40,369 nucleotides of DNA from a virus (lineage: Duplodnaviria; Caudoviricetes): positions 1 to 40,369 of IMG/VR virus record IMGVR_UViG_3300027804_000103; one strand, written 5' to 3'. The notes beneath the pieces were generated by a model. The model made no database searches. It was not told the origin of the DNA and worked only from the letters and a program-made list of their open reading frames with translations. Numbering within the stretch: position 1 is the first letter of the stretch; every line of letters starts with the position of its first letter. A program made the position numbers and the translations under genes. Shown here piece by piece: positions 1 through 6,432 of the stretch.

Positions 1-116
1 ACCTCATGCAGGGCCTGTGCAAGATATAAGCTTGAATGACCATAGTCATACCAAGGCCACTCAAGGTTGTTGTACTTGGGCTTCACTCGCTCGCCGACAA
101 AGACGTACTCTGCTTC
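1..116. repeat. Terminal direct repeat, copy 1 (circular assembly overlap)
   Basis: 1-116 equals 40254-40369 except at positions 12, 27 and 75; it lies inside one continuous ORF. Confidence 0.95.
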
Positions 117-752
117 TTTGAGGTGTCCAAGTAAATTAGGTTCGTCCATAGAGTCAGGCAATTGAGAGTGTATTCTCTCCAAAGCACGGTCATAGGCGTA
201 TTCAGTAAATAGATCAAGCTTGTCTCCCCATGATTCAATTGAGTAGTAGACGTGGTCGCGTCTTGTCTTGACACCGCCTGTCCTAATCAACAGATCAGAA
301 TAGTTTTCATTTGGTATGTGCGTCTTGTCACCATTCCAAAGGAACCGGTAACGTGCAGCAACCCCCATCACGCTGTCGTACATCTCTTCACGCTCAGACT
401 TCAGCTTGTCAAAGCGTTTTTCGTAGTCAACAAGATCTTCAGGCAAACAGTAGATGTACACTGCACCATGCTTGCGTGCAACGCGATCCATCATGCGTCC
501 CATTTGACTCCACTTGCTGCCACCACGATACTCAGCTGCATACAAGGCTTCACTTGGCCACCACCTGTCGATGATGACGGGCTTCTTGTGGCTCTTGCGA
601 ATAGCCCAGCGAATAGCTGCTGTGTGATACTCAAACATGTGATCAGGCCAGCGGTAACTCAGATGCAAGTACGTTGCATCGAGCTGCTTGGCCATGTGCT
701 GAGCTAGTGTTGTTTTGCCTGCACCATCAGGACCTTCAAGAATAAAAATCAT
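1..752 (-). CDS. dNMP/thymidylate-kinase-like P-loop protein fused to a UDG-fold domain, N-terminal part (continues across the origin to 40004; 333 aa total)
   Basis: Translated by hand: MIFILEGPDGAGKTTLAQH...PVIIDRWWPSEALY, giving the Walker A and DR motifs of TMPK-like kinases. ATG 752 overlaps the upstream TGA. In frame with 40004..40339 through the repeat. Confidence 0.85.
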   Translation of the reverse strand, partial: MIFILEGPDGAGKTTLAQHMAKQLDATYLHLSYRWPDHMFEYHTAAIRWAIRKSHKKPVIIDRWWPSEALYAAEYRGGSKWSQMGRMMDRVARKHGAVYIYCLPEDLVDYEKRFDKLKSEREEMYDSVMGVAARYRFLWNGDKTHIPNENYSDLLIRTGGVKTRRDHVYYSIESWGDKLDLFTEYAYDRALERIHSQLPDSMDEPNLLGHLKEAEYVFVGERVKPKYNNLEWPWYDYGHSSLYLAQALHE

Positions 753-919
753 CAGTCAAGTCCCCACACTTTAACAACAACTAACCACTTGCCGTTTTCA
801 GTGGGCTGAGACGTATAGATTGATGGAGACCTCATGGGATCCTCACCCTTGACGTACTGAGCTGCCTTCTCTTCGGCGTCTTTTTGGTTATCGCCGACAA
901 ACTTAATGTAGTCGGCCAT
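752..919 (-). CDS. Small hypothetical protein (55 aa, MADYIKFVGDNQKDAEEK...KVWGLD)
   Basis: TGATG overlaps at both ends (919 and 752); AGGAG upstream; below the ORF-track cutoff. Confidence 0.75.
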   Translation of the reverse strand: MADYIKFVGDNQKDAEEKAAQYVKGEDPMRSPSIYTSQPTENGKWLVVVKVWGLD

Positions 920-1275
920 CACGCTTCTCCTGCTAGATCTCGAAGATCGGGTGCCGTCCAGCCCTCAGGCTTGATGACGTCATAACCCTCACTGCGTTTC
1001 GATGGGCCACGTATCTTCGCCATGTTTGCTTGATGGACGCGGTCCCACGCGGCTTGGAAGTCAAAGCCTTGTAGATAAGCAGTGCCCATGACCACGTAGA
1101 CGAGGTCCACCAGAGCGTCGAGCTGATCGGTTTTATTTTCGGCAATGATGAGTTCATCGAGTTCCTCAAAGATGAAACCGATTCTGAAGCTTGCCAGATC
1201 CTTCGGTAGATCCCTTGGCTCGCCGTTGTACTCGAGACCATATTTTTCGTGAAATGCTTTGATGTCGTTCCACAT
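919..1275 (-). CDS. MazG-like (all-alpha) NTP pyrophosphohydrolase
   Basis: FEELDEL...DALVDLVYV...AWDRVHQANMAK...KPEGW..PDL pattern of phage MazG/PRA-PH-like NTP-PPases; SD AGAAAGGA. Confidence 0.85.
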   Translation of the reverse strand: MWNDIKAFHEKYGLEYNGEPRDLPKDLASFRIGFIFEELDELIIAENKTDQLDALVDLVYVVMGTAYLQGFDFQAAWDRVHQANMAKIRGPSKRSEGYDVIKPEGWTAPDLRDLAGEA

Positions 1276-1299
1276 GTTTTTCCTTTCTAAGTTTCAAGC

Positions 1300-1333
1300 A
1301 AAAAATAGCGATGACCACAAGGGTCACCGCCAT
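1300..1333 (-). terminator. Intrinsic terminator after the methyltransferase
   Basis: Minus strand ATGGCGGTGACC-CTTGT-GGTCATCGCTAT followed by a T run. Confidence 0.65.
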
Positions 1334-1340
1334 CAGTACA

Positions 1341-2180
1341 TTAGGCCAAAAGCTCGCGCCACTTTTCACTGCTACCCCAACGTCCTTCGACATCACGTAG
1401 ATCAGGGAATTGTCGGCTGCCGCCTGGGTTCCACTTAAGCTGCCACAAGCAATTGCGACTGTATTGAGGATACAACGGCGCAAAGATGGTCGCCAAGTAG
1501 TTGCTGTCGTAGTAGTCACGCATTGCATCGAACACCTCCTTATGTGCGGGTGGTAATTGGTCCTTGTAGTCGCGCATCGAGGCGAATGTGCCCCAATGAC
1601 CTTCAACACGCCAACCGATGTCTTCAAGCATAGCACCAAAAGCAAGGTACGTCATCTCATTGACGTGGTTAGCAGCAGCACCTACATCAGGATCCCAGCA
1701 AGGGGTTGAAATAAACAAGGTGCCTTCATTCTCGAGCAAAGCACCAAAGTTCGTCAACAGGCGACGACAATGCTCTGGCTCGATGTGTTCGGCAACCTCA
1801 AAACAGACGATCGTGTTGGGTACCTGCTCTAATTGCTCTGGTTTCAAAACGGCTGCATCACACTCGCCTAGCAGCTGGCTGGGTTTCCAAGTGCTCTTGG
1901 CAAACTGTTCAGGCATGCTAAGCTTGCTGACGTCTGCTGCTGCATAGAACTGGGGACCAAGGCGAGACGAATGCATGAGCTTGGCCAATGGCATCTCTTT
2001 GCCACAACCTACGTCAAGAATCCGAGCTGTCTTGTAACGACCACCTTGATGCAGCCACTTGACGACGTGCGTCCAGCGAAGACAATGGGCGATGTAATCA
2101 CGGTGCAAGAAACCGCGTTCTTCCGCATTATCGACAGACAGGAACGTCTTATCGATTGCTTTTCCTCTTTCATTTGCCAT
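1341..2180 (-). CDS. Class I SAM-dependent methyltransferase (UbiG/Methyltransf_11/23-like, not a canonical DNA MTase)
   Basis: ILDVGCG motif I, IVCFEVAEHI, LFISTP; no DPPY/NPPY or PCQ motif. Confidence 0.85.
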   Translation of the reverse strand: MANERGKAIDKTFLSVDNAEERGFLHRDYIAHCLRWTHVVKWLHQGGRYKTARILDVGCGKEMPLAKLMHSSRLGPQFYAAADVSKLSMPEQFAKSTWKPSQLLGECDAAVLKPEQLEQVPNTIVCFEVAEHIEPEHCRRLLTNFGALLENEGTLFISTPCWDPDVGAAANHVNEMTYLAFGAMLEDIGWRVEGHWGTFASMRDYKDQLPPAHKEVFDAMRDYYDSNYLATIFAPLYPQYSRNCLWQLKWNPGGSRQFPDLRDVEGRWGSSEKWRELLA

Positions 2181-2242
2181 ACTATTTCCTTTCTAAGGGG
2201 TGGGTCGAGGCGTTTTAAGTCGGCCTCGGAACGACTCCGTGA

Positions 2243-2470
2243 CTATCGTACCACGGAACGGATTGCTTCGATGCTGCCTGTCTTAATCAAGCTGCCCTGA
2301 TAATAGCTGAGCAGACGTTGTGGCTTCTGACGACTCTTGAGGCGTTGGCTGACAACGGTCAAGAGTTCGGTCTTACCGATCTCGCCAGCTTCCTCAATGA
2401 TCGCCAGAATGGCCTTCGCCTGCTTTGCCAATGCCGAATCAGGCACTTGAATGAAGCGGTAAGTCACCAT
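2243..2470 (-). CDS. Small basic protein, putative winged-helix DNA binder (75 aa)
   Basis: SD AGGAG before ATG 2470; similar to the C-terminus of 3604..4083. Confidence 0.7.
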   Translation of the reverse strand: MVTYRFIQVPDSALAKQAKAILAIIEEAGEIGKTELLTVVSQRLKSRQKPQRLLSYYQGSLIKTGSIEAIRSVVR

Positions 2471-2484
2471 CCTGGTTTCTCCTA

Positions 2485-3465
2485 TTAGGCAGCTTGCGCG
2501 TACTCGACTGCCAGATCTAAGGCCTTCCGCTTGAGAGCGGCACGCGGGCCAAACCACGCCGAGTTCAAAGCAGCATCGCGGTTGCGACCTGCCTTGTGAT
2601 CGACGTAGAACGTAACCGCATTCAGGGCAGACCACCAAGATCCTTCGGACATAGTGGCTCCTGGCTGCGTGTGAAGGCAATTATAGACTTCGTCCGCAGA
2701 CCTTGTGAACATGTCTCGCGTAATTTCGTCGCCTGTTTCTGCCAGTGCAGGACTGAACAGCTTGGCGATGTACTCGGTGACCTGCTTTTCTTGGTACCCC
2801 ACTCTTGCCAGGAGCTCCGCGGTGACCTTGAAAGCATCGAGTTGATGGGTAGCAAGGCCTAAGGCTGTTTCGGCCTTCTGGATGACATCCTGGTCAAACT
2901 GGCGTATGTGCGACATGGTGAACCGTTGGCCAGCTTGCCCCAAAGCTTGGGTCAAAGTGTTGTTGCAGACGACTCGGATCGGCGTGAACATGATGTTCAG
3001 TGACTTACCCCAGACGTGCGGTTGGCTGATCAACAAATAACCGTTAACTTCGTCGCCGCCTGGCAACTCGAAGCCCTGATTGATGGCTGCAAGGCCCCAG
3101 ATCTGACGACCTCCGTCTAAGGAACCTGCGGTCTCCATCTTCATGTGACCTGCCTTGACAAACTTGTCGAAGAAACGGAAGACTTCGGCATTTTGCATCG
3201 GAATGTAGTTCTTGCCGCAAGGACCTAAGATCTTGTTGTCAGAATCACGGACAAGGAGCCCCCATTCGTTAGTCTTGAGGCTGCCTTCAGAGGCGTTGAT
3301 GTCGCCTGGCGTCTGCGTGGTAAAGATAGAACGTCGACTGACGGTCCAATCAAGACCAGCAGCCGTGAGCATCTCGTCTGGCGTCAAAGCGTCAGAAACT
3401 TGCTGCCCAAGACCGTGCCAGGGAACTGCGTTGGCGTATGCCATGGATTCGATTAAGTGAGCCAT
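2485..3465 (-). CDS. DUF932 family phage/plasmid protein
   Basis: MAHLIESMAY...PWHGLG...AGLDW...ETAGSLDGGR...TPIRVVCNNTL signature. Confidence 0.85.
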   Translation of the reverse strand: MAHLIESMAYANAVPWHGLGQQVSDALTPDEMLTAAGLDWTVSRRSIFTTQTPGDINASEGSLKTNEWGLLVRDSDNKILGPCGKNYIPMQNAEVFRFFDKFVKAGHMKMETAGSLDGGRQIWGLAAINQGFELPGGDEVNGYLLISQPHVWGKSLNIMFTPIRVVCNNTLTQALGQAGQRFTMSHIRQFDQDVIQKAETALGLATHQLDAFKVTAELLARVGYQEKQVTEYIAKLFSPALAETGDEITRDMFTRSADEVYNCLHTQPGATMSEGSWWSALNAVTFYVDHKAGRNRDAALNSAWFGPRAALKRKALDLAVEYAQAA

Positions 3466-3497
3466 AAAATTCTCCTTTCTAGTGGTTGGAATGGCTA

Positions 3498-3611
3498 TTA
3501 TAGGCCGAAAATTGCCGCCCGGAGCAGGAATAATAGTACTAGTACAATTACCACTGCTGCGGGAACGGCGATCATCAGCAAAAGAGCTTCAAAATCAGAC
3601 GGATTACGCAT
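3498..3611 (-). CDS. Small single-pass membrane protein (37 aa)
   Basis: MRNPSDFEALLLMIAVPAAVVIVLVLLFLLRAAIFGL; overlaps the stop of the upstream gene and fills the gap. Confidence 0.55.
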   Translation of the reverse strand: MRNPSDFEALLLMIAVPAAVVIVLVLLFLLRAAIFGL

Positions 3612-4083
3612 TTTCAAGCCTAAGGATCTTGAGACCGATCATCTTCGGGCGATAATACTGGAAAATGCGCCAAGGATCTTGCTTCGTCTTGACTTTAATG
3701 GCTTGCTGCAAATCTGACTCAATGTAGACATCGACCTCAAGCTGGTCAATGATCTGACGAGCTTGCGGGGCCAATTCGCGACGATGCTTGTCGTAGGCAT
3801 CAAAGTCAAAGTGGTAGATCCGGTTGGCCAACTGACCAGACGGACGACCACGAACCTTGATGATCTTCGACAGATCCTTAGGAGGATCAACAAAGGTCAA
3901 CGCTGGCTTTTGTTCGGCCCGTTTTTGCTCTAGTAGCGGAAGAATCCGCTTGGCAGCTGCCGTCTTGTCACTGAACTTCGGACAATGGGCCTTGACGATC
4001 TTCGAATACAGCGAAGACAATTCTTGCATGGAATATTTTTTAAGCTCGTCGATGCTGCGAGCCTGTTCGATATTACTCATCAA
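3604..4083 (-). CDS. Hypothetical protein with C-terminal putative winged-helix domain
   Basis: ORF in an operon with SD GGAGG; C-terminus LAPQARQII...KTKQDPWRIFQYYRPKMI; central RGRP. Confidence 0.75.
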   Translation of the reverse strand: MMSNIEQARSIDELKKYSMQELSSLYSKIVKAHCPKFSDKTAAAKRILPLLEQKRAEQKPALTFVDPPKDLSKIIKVRGRPSGQLANRIYHFDFDAYDKHRRELAPQARQIIDQLEVDVYIESDLQQAIKVKTKQDPWRIFQYYRPKMIGLKILRLENA

Positions 4084-4273
4084 GCAACCTCCACACGTCG
4101 ATACTCAAAGGCTGGGTGTCGTAGTCCTCGACTAAAAAGACTGGCGACCCAGTTGTGGACTTCACGACTCCACGAACGCCAGACACAAACGGTCTGGCAT
4201 GACCCTTGGCAATAGCGACAATGTCGTCTTGCCTATGATCTTGCAAAATTTCAATCAACTCACTGACTTTCAT
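4073..4273 (-). CDS. Hypothetical protein (66 aa, MKVSELIEILQ...)
   Basis: Strong SD AAAGGAG before ATG 4273; common phage N-terminus. Confidence 0.7.
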   Translation of the reverse strand: MKVSELIEILQDHRQDDIVAIAKGHARPFVSGVRGVVKSTTGSPVFLVEDYDTQPLSIDVWRLLDE

Positions 4274-4309
4274 ACTTTCTCCTTTATGTCCGCAAAAGCG
4301 CGGAATTAC

Positions 4310-4338
4310 ATCGTACCATGAACCCTGGACCACGTACA
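4310..4338 (-). promoter_or_regulatory. Putative sigma70-type promoter TGTACG-17-TACGAT (extended -10 TGG)
   Basis: Exact 17-bp spacing; same TGTAC -35 as three other sites. Confidence 0.55.
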
Positions 4339-4410
4339 TAGTCCGATCAGAATATTGGCGCATTTTGTCAATAACTTTTCGGACTCCTAAGTATATGCAA
4401 TTGCAACGAC

Positions 4411-4483
4411 TTATTGGGTTATTGTATTGATTGGCCAAGGGGACATAATTTACACACAAAATTTTATTTTTTCCCTATACTAA
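4411..4483 (-). repeat. Bipartite element, copy A (inverted relative to 6278-6349)
   Basis: Minus strand TTAGTATAGGGAAAAAAT-N30-GCCAATCAATACAATA-N2-CCAATAA. Confidence 0.9.
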
Positions 4484-4506
4484 TAGAGACAATACGGACC
4501 CCTTGG

Positions 4507-4839
4507 TTACCTCCACCTCCAACCGTCGCAGCCTGTTTCACGACTGACCCACTCCACATTCTCGAACGCGTGTCCGCCAATGTGCCATTCGTACTGGCCA
4601 AGTGGGGTTTCCCCCATCTTCCAGTCGTAGATCGTCACAAACAGACCATCGTCTGTCATGATCTTCCACTCGCATGTGACCTTGTCGTGCTCGTAATTAA
4701 ACGGACCAAAAGTCGGAGGCCCAAACGTTTCGCAGAGTTTCTGGAAATCCGTTCGAACGTATCCTTTCAGACTTCCGCCATTGAACTCCATCAAATGATC
4801 CGTATCATCTGCCTTCACTACCTCAAATGATTTCACCAT
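4507..4839 (-). CDS. Hypothetical phage early protein (110 aa)
   Basis: SD AAGGAG before ATG 4839; SLKGY...DKV..EW...TIYDWK...EWHIGG pattern I recall from aquatic phage hypotheticals. Confidence 0.75.
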   Translation of the reverse strand: MVKSFEVVKADDTDHLMEFNGGSLKGYVRTDFQKLCETFGPPTFGPFNYEHDKVTCEWKIMTDDGLFVTIYDWKMGETPLGQYEWHIGGHAFENVEWVSRETGCDGWRWR

Positions 4840-5083
4840 CGCCAATCTCCTTTTTAATCGTGATCTCCACGTCTTCACCATAAAACGTCGAACCTTCCAA
4901 TTCCTGGATAAGTTCGATGTTCGTCATCTTGTCATAGCCCTTCAAACCAGTCCTCAACACGGCAAGGTAGTTTTCCACGGCTTGATGGGGATCTTGCCAA
5001 TAAAAATCAGCATTGGTCTCCATCAACCGTTCGATCGCTTGTTCGCGCGTGAATGTATGTTTCTCAAAATTCTTCGCCATCAT
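4823..5083 (-). CDS. Hypothetical acidic early protein (~86 aa)
   Basis: SD AGGAG before ATGATG at 5083/5080; overlaps its neighbours. Confidence 0.7.
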   Translation of the reverse strand: MMAKNFEKHTFTREQAIERLMETNADFYWQDPHQAVENYLAVLRTGLKGYDKMTNIELIQELEGSTFYGEDVEITIKKEIGDGEII

Positions 5084-5282
5084 TTTCTCCTGTGAACTCC
5101 ACATATTCGCCGTATTCACGAACAAAAACGTCCAAAAGATTCTGGTAATCACCACTCATCATCTCGTTGACGACATCGTTTACTTGCTTCCACGGGAGCT
5201 CGAGTTGGCGTCCAATTTGTTTACCAAGACCAATAAGATAAAACGCGTTCCCCTGTGGTCCACTGAGATCAATTTGAATCAT
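5064..5282 (-). CDS. Hypothetical early protein (72 aa, IDLSGPQGNAF family)
   Basis: SD AGAAAGGAG; ATGA overlap; acidic C-terminus. Confidence 0.75.
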   Translation of the reverse strand: MIQIDLSGPQGNAFYLIGLGKQIGRQLELPWKQVNDVVNEMMSGDYQNLLDVFVREYGEYVEFTGENDGEEF

Positions 5283-5455
5283 GACTTTCTCCTTTCTAAA
5301 ATTCGATCACGACATTCTTTCGCGCAAATGTCAAACTCTTCTTGTTCGCATTCACTAAAATCAATTCCATCACAACACATTTCGAAATAGACTTCTTGTG
5401 CAAAAATTTCATCGCATCCAAACTTTTGCATAATTTCTCGTCCGTAACAATTCAT
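5279..5455 (-). CDS. Small acidic Cys-rich protein (58 aa)
   Basis: MNCYGREIMQKFGCDEIFAQEVYFEMCCDGIDFSECEQEEFDICAKECRDRILERRKS; SD AGAAAGGAG; own promoter; ATGA coupling to the next gene. Confidence 0.75.
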   Translation of the reverse strand: MNCYGREIMQKFGCDEIFAQEVYFEMCCDGIDFSECEQEEFDICAKECRDRILERRKS

Positions 5456-5478
5456 CTGAATTCTCCTTTCTACTTGCT

Positions 5479-5507
5479 ATTTTACACACAAAATCCGAAA
5501 AGTACAA
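5479..5507 (-). promoter_or_regulatory. Putative early promoter TTGTAC-17-TAAAAT
   Basis: Near-consensus -10, AT-rich upstream tract, directly before an SD. Confidence 0.7.
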
Positions 5508-5548
5508 TAAAATATTTTTATCGTACTTTCCACTCTGATAAATTCCGC

Positions 5549-5767
5549 TTATTGCAGAAATCTACGAATTTCTCCATACAATTCGTTCAATTGTTCAACA
5601 TGATAATGATCATCGAAATCAATCGTTCGTTGATTGTTGTCTTCGACAAATTTGTCGATCATATCTAAACCACTCCAATCCATCCATTTTTCTAATGTGA
5701 CTGGTTGTTGTTGTCTGAAATCTGATTGAATCAAGTTCAGTTGGTCTTGAGTTAAATAGAATCGCAT
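5549..5767 (-). CDS. Small acidic early protein (72 aa), first gene of the minus arm
   Basis: SD AAAGGAG; upstream promoter. Confidence 0.7.
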   Translation of the reverse strand: MRFYLTQDQLNLIQSDFRQQQPVTLEKWMDWSGLDMIDKFVEDNNQRTIDFDDHYHVEQLNELYGEIRRFLQ

Positions 5768-5796
5768 GACTTTCTCCTTTATAAAATTACCATCTA

Positions 5797-5825
5797 ATCT
5801 TACCGCATAAATCCGAACTTGTACA
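5797..5825 (-). promoter_or_regulatory. Putative early promoter TGTACA-17-TAAGAT
   Basis: Shares TAAAAATA..TGTAC..TTCGGATTT..TAARAT with the 5479-5507 promoter. Confidence 0.65.
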
Positions 5826-5829
5826 CTAG

Positions 5830-6277
5830 TATTTTTACCCGTTTTGCTTTATTAGATTTTATTTTTTACCCAATATTTTTATTGCTCTTATTTCCTCCAA
5901 TCTTCTCATTTCTATAAGAGTCCGAGTTGTTGTGAGCCATGAACTCTTCTGACCTCCACCACACTACTTTCTTCCACTGATTAAAAATCAGGTTTTTTCC
6001 TCCTCATTCCCTCCCATTTCTCTCCATTCTACCTTCCGCCTTTGTCCGTTTGCCTTGGTTCCTGGTCCTTTTTCCGTTTATTTCCGCTAATTTTGCAGGC
6101 TTTTTGGTCCTCGATTCATGGCTCTATATATAGAAGCATGTTTCTTGCCGGCTTGCGACCTGGTTCCAGGACTGGGGCCCGGGTGTCAGGCAGCGGGGCG
6201 AGGGCCTAAACGCGCCAGGTCAGTGGTTCTGCGGGGGCGTTCAAAGCTAAATCGGCAAAAATCCGTGCATATTGGGG
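5830..6277. other. Non-coding divergence region; candidate genome end / packaging site
   Basis: No convincing ORF; pyrimidine-rich plus strand, palindrome TCTATATATAGA (6123-6134), GC-rich patch just upstream of terS. Confidence 0.45.
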
Positions 6278-6349
6278 TTAGTATAGGGAAAAAATCAACA
6301 CAGCGTGCGAAAATTGCAGAGAATGCCAATCAATACAATATGCCAATAA
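6278..6349 (+). repeat. Bipartite element, copy B
   Basis: TTAGTATAGGGAAAAAAT-N29-GCCAATCAATACAATA-N2-CCAATAA. Confidence 0.9.
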
Positions 6350-6382
6350 CCGTATGATCCCAAGCAAAATTCAGGGGATCTA

Positions 6383-6411
6383 TGTACAATGTCTCAAAGT
6401 TCCTATATTAT
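6383..6411 (+). promoter_or_regulatory. Putative promoter for the packaging/structural arm TGTACA-17-TATTAT
   Basis: 17-bp spacing; upstream of SD AGGAGGT and terS. Confidence 0.6.
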
Positions 6412-6432
6412 CTGAAACAGGAGGTACGGACT

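Noticed and set aside
252-707. Plus-strand 151-aa ORF and many other antisense/alternate-frame ORFs in the track (e.g. 1166-1645, 12278-12793, 30446-30889, 39565-40065)
   Set aside because: Shadows of well-supported genes on the opposite strand or frame; no SD and no motifs
4366-4371. Perfect TTGACA on the minus strand
   Set aside because: No -10 hexamer at 16-18 bp spacing
4274-4459. N-terminal extension of the 4073..4459 ORF (similarly 16763, 22704, 28303, 36345, 36773 and 6382 starts)
   Set aside because: Downstream ATGs have clear SDs or typical N-termini; the extensions run through regulatory DNA or neighbouring genes
6278-6295. TATAGGGA resembles the 3' end of a T7 RNA polymerase promoter
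   Set aside because: Upstream bases do not match TAATACGACTCAC, only two copies exist, and no single-subunit RNA polymerase is encoded
4411-6349. Insertion sequence or invertible segment bounded by inverted repeats
   Set aside because: No transposase or recombinase inside or elsewhere; repeats are bipartite with a divergent spacer; no target duplication seen
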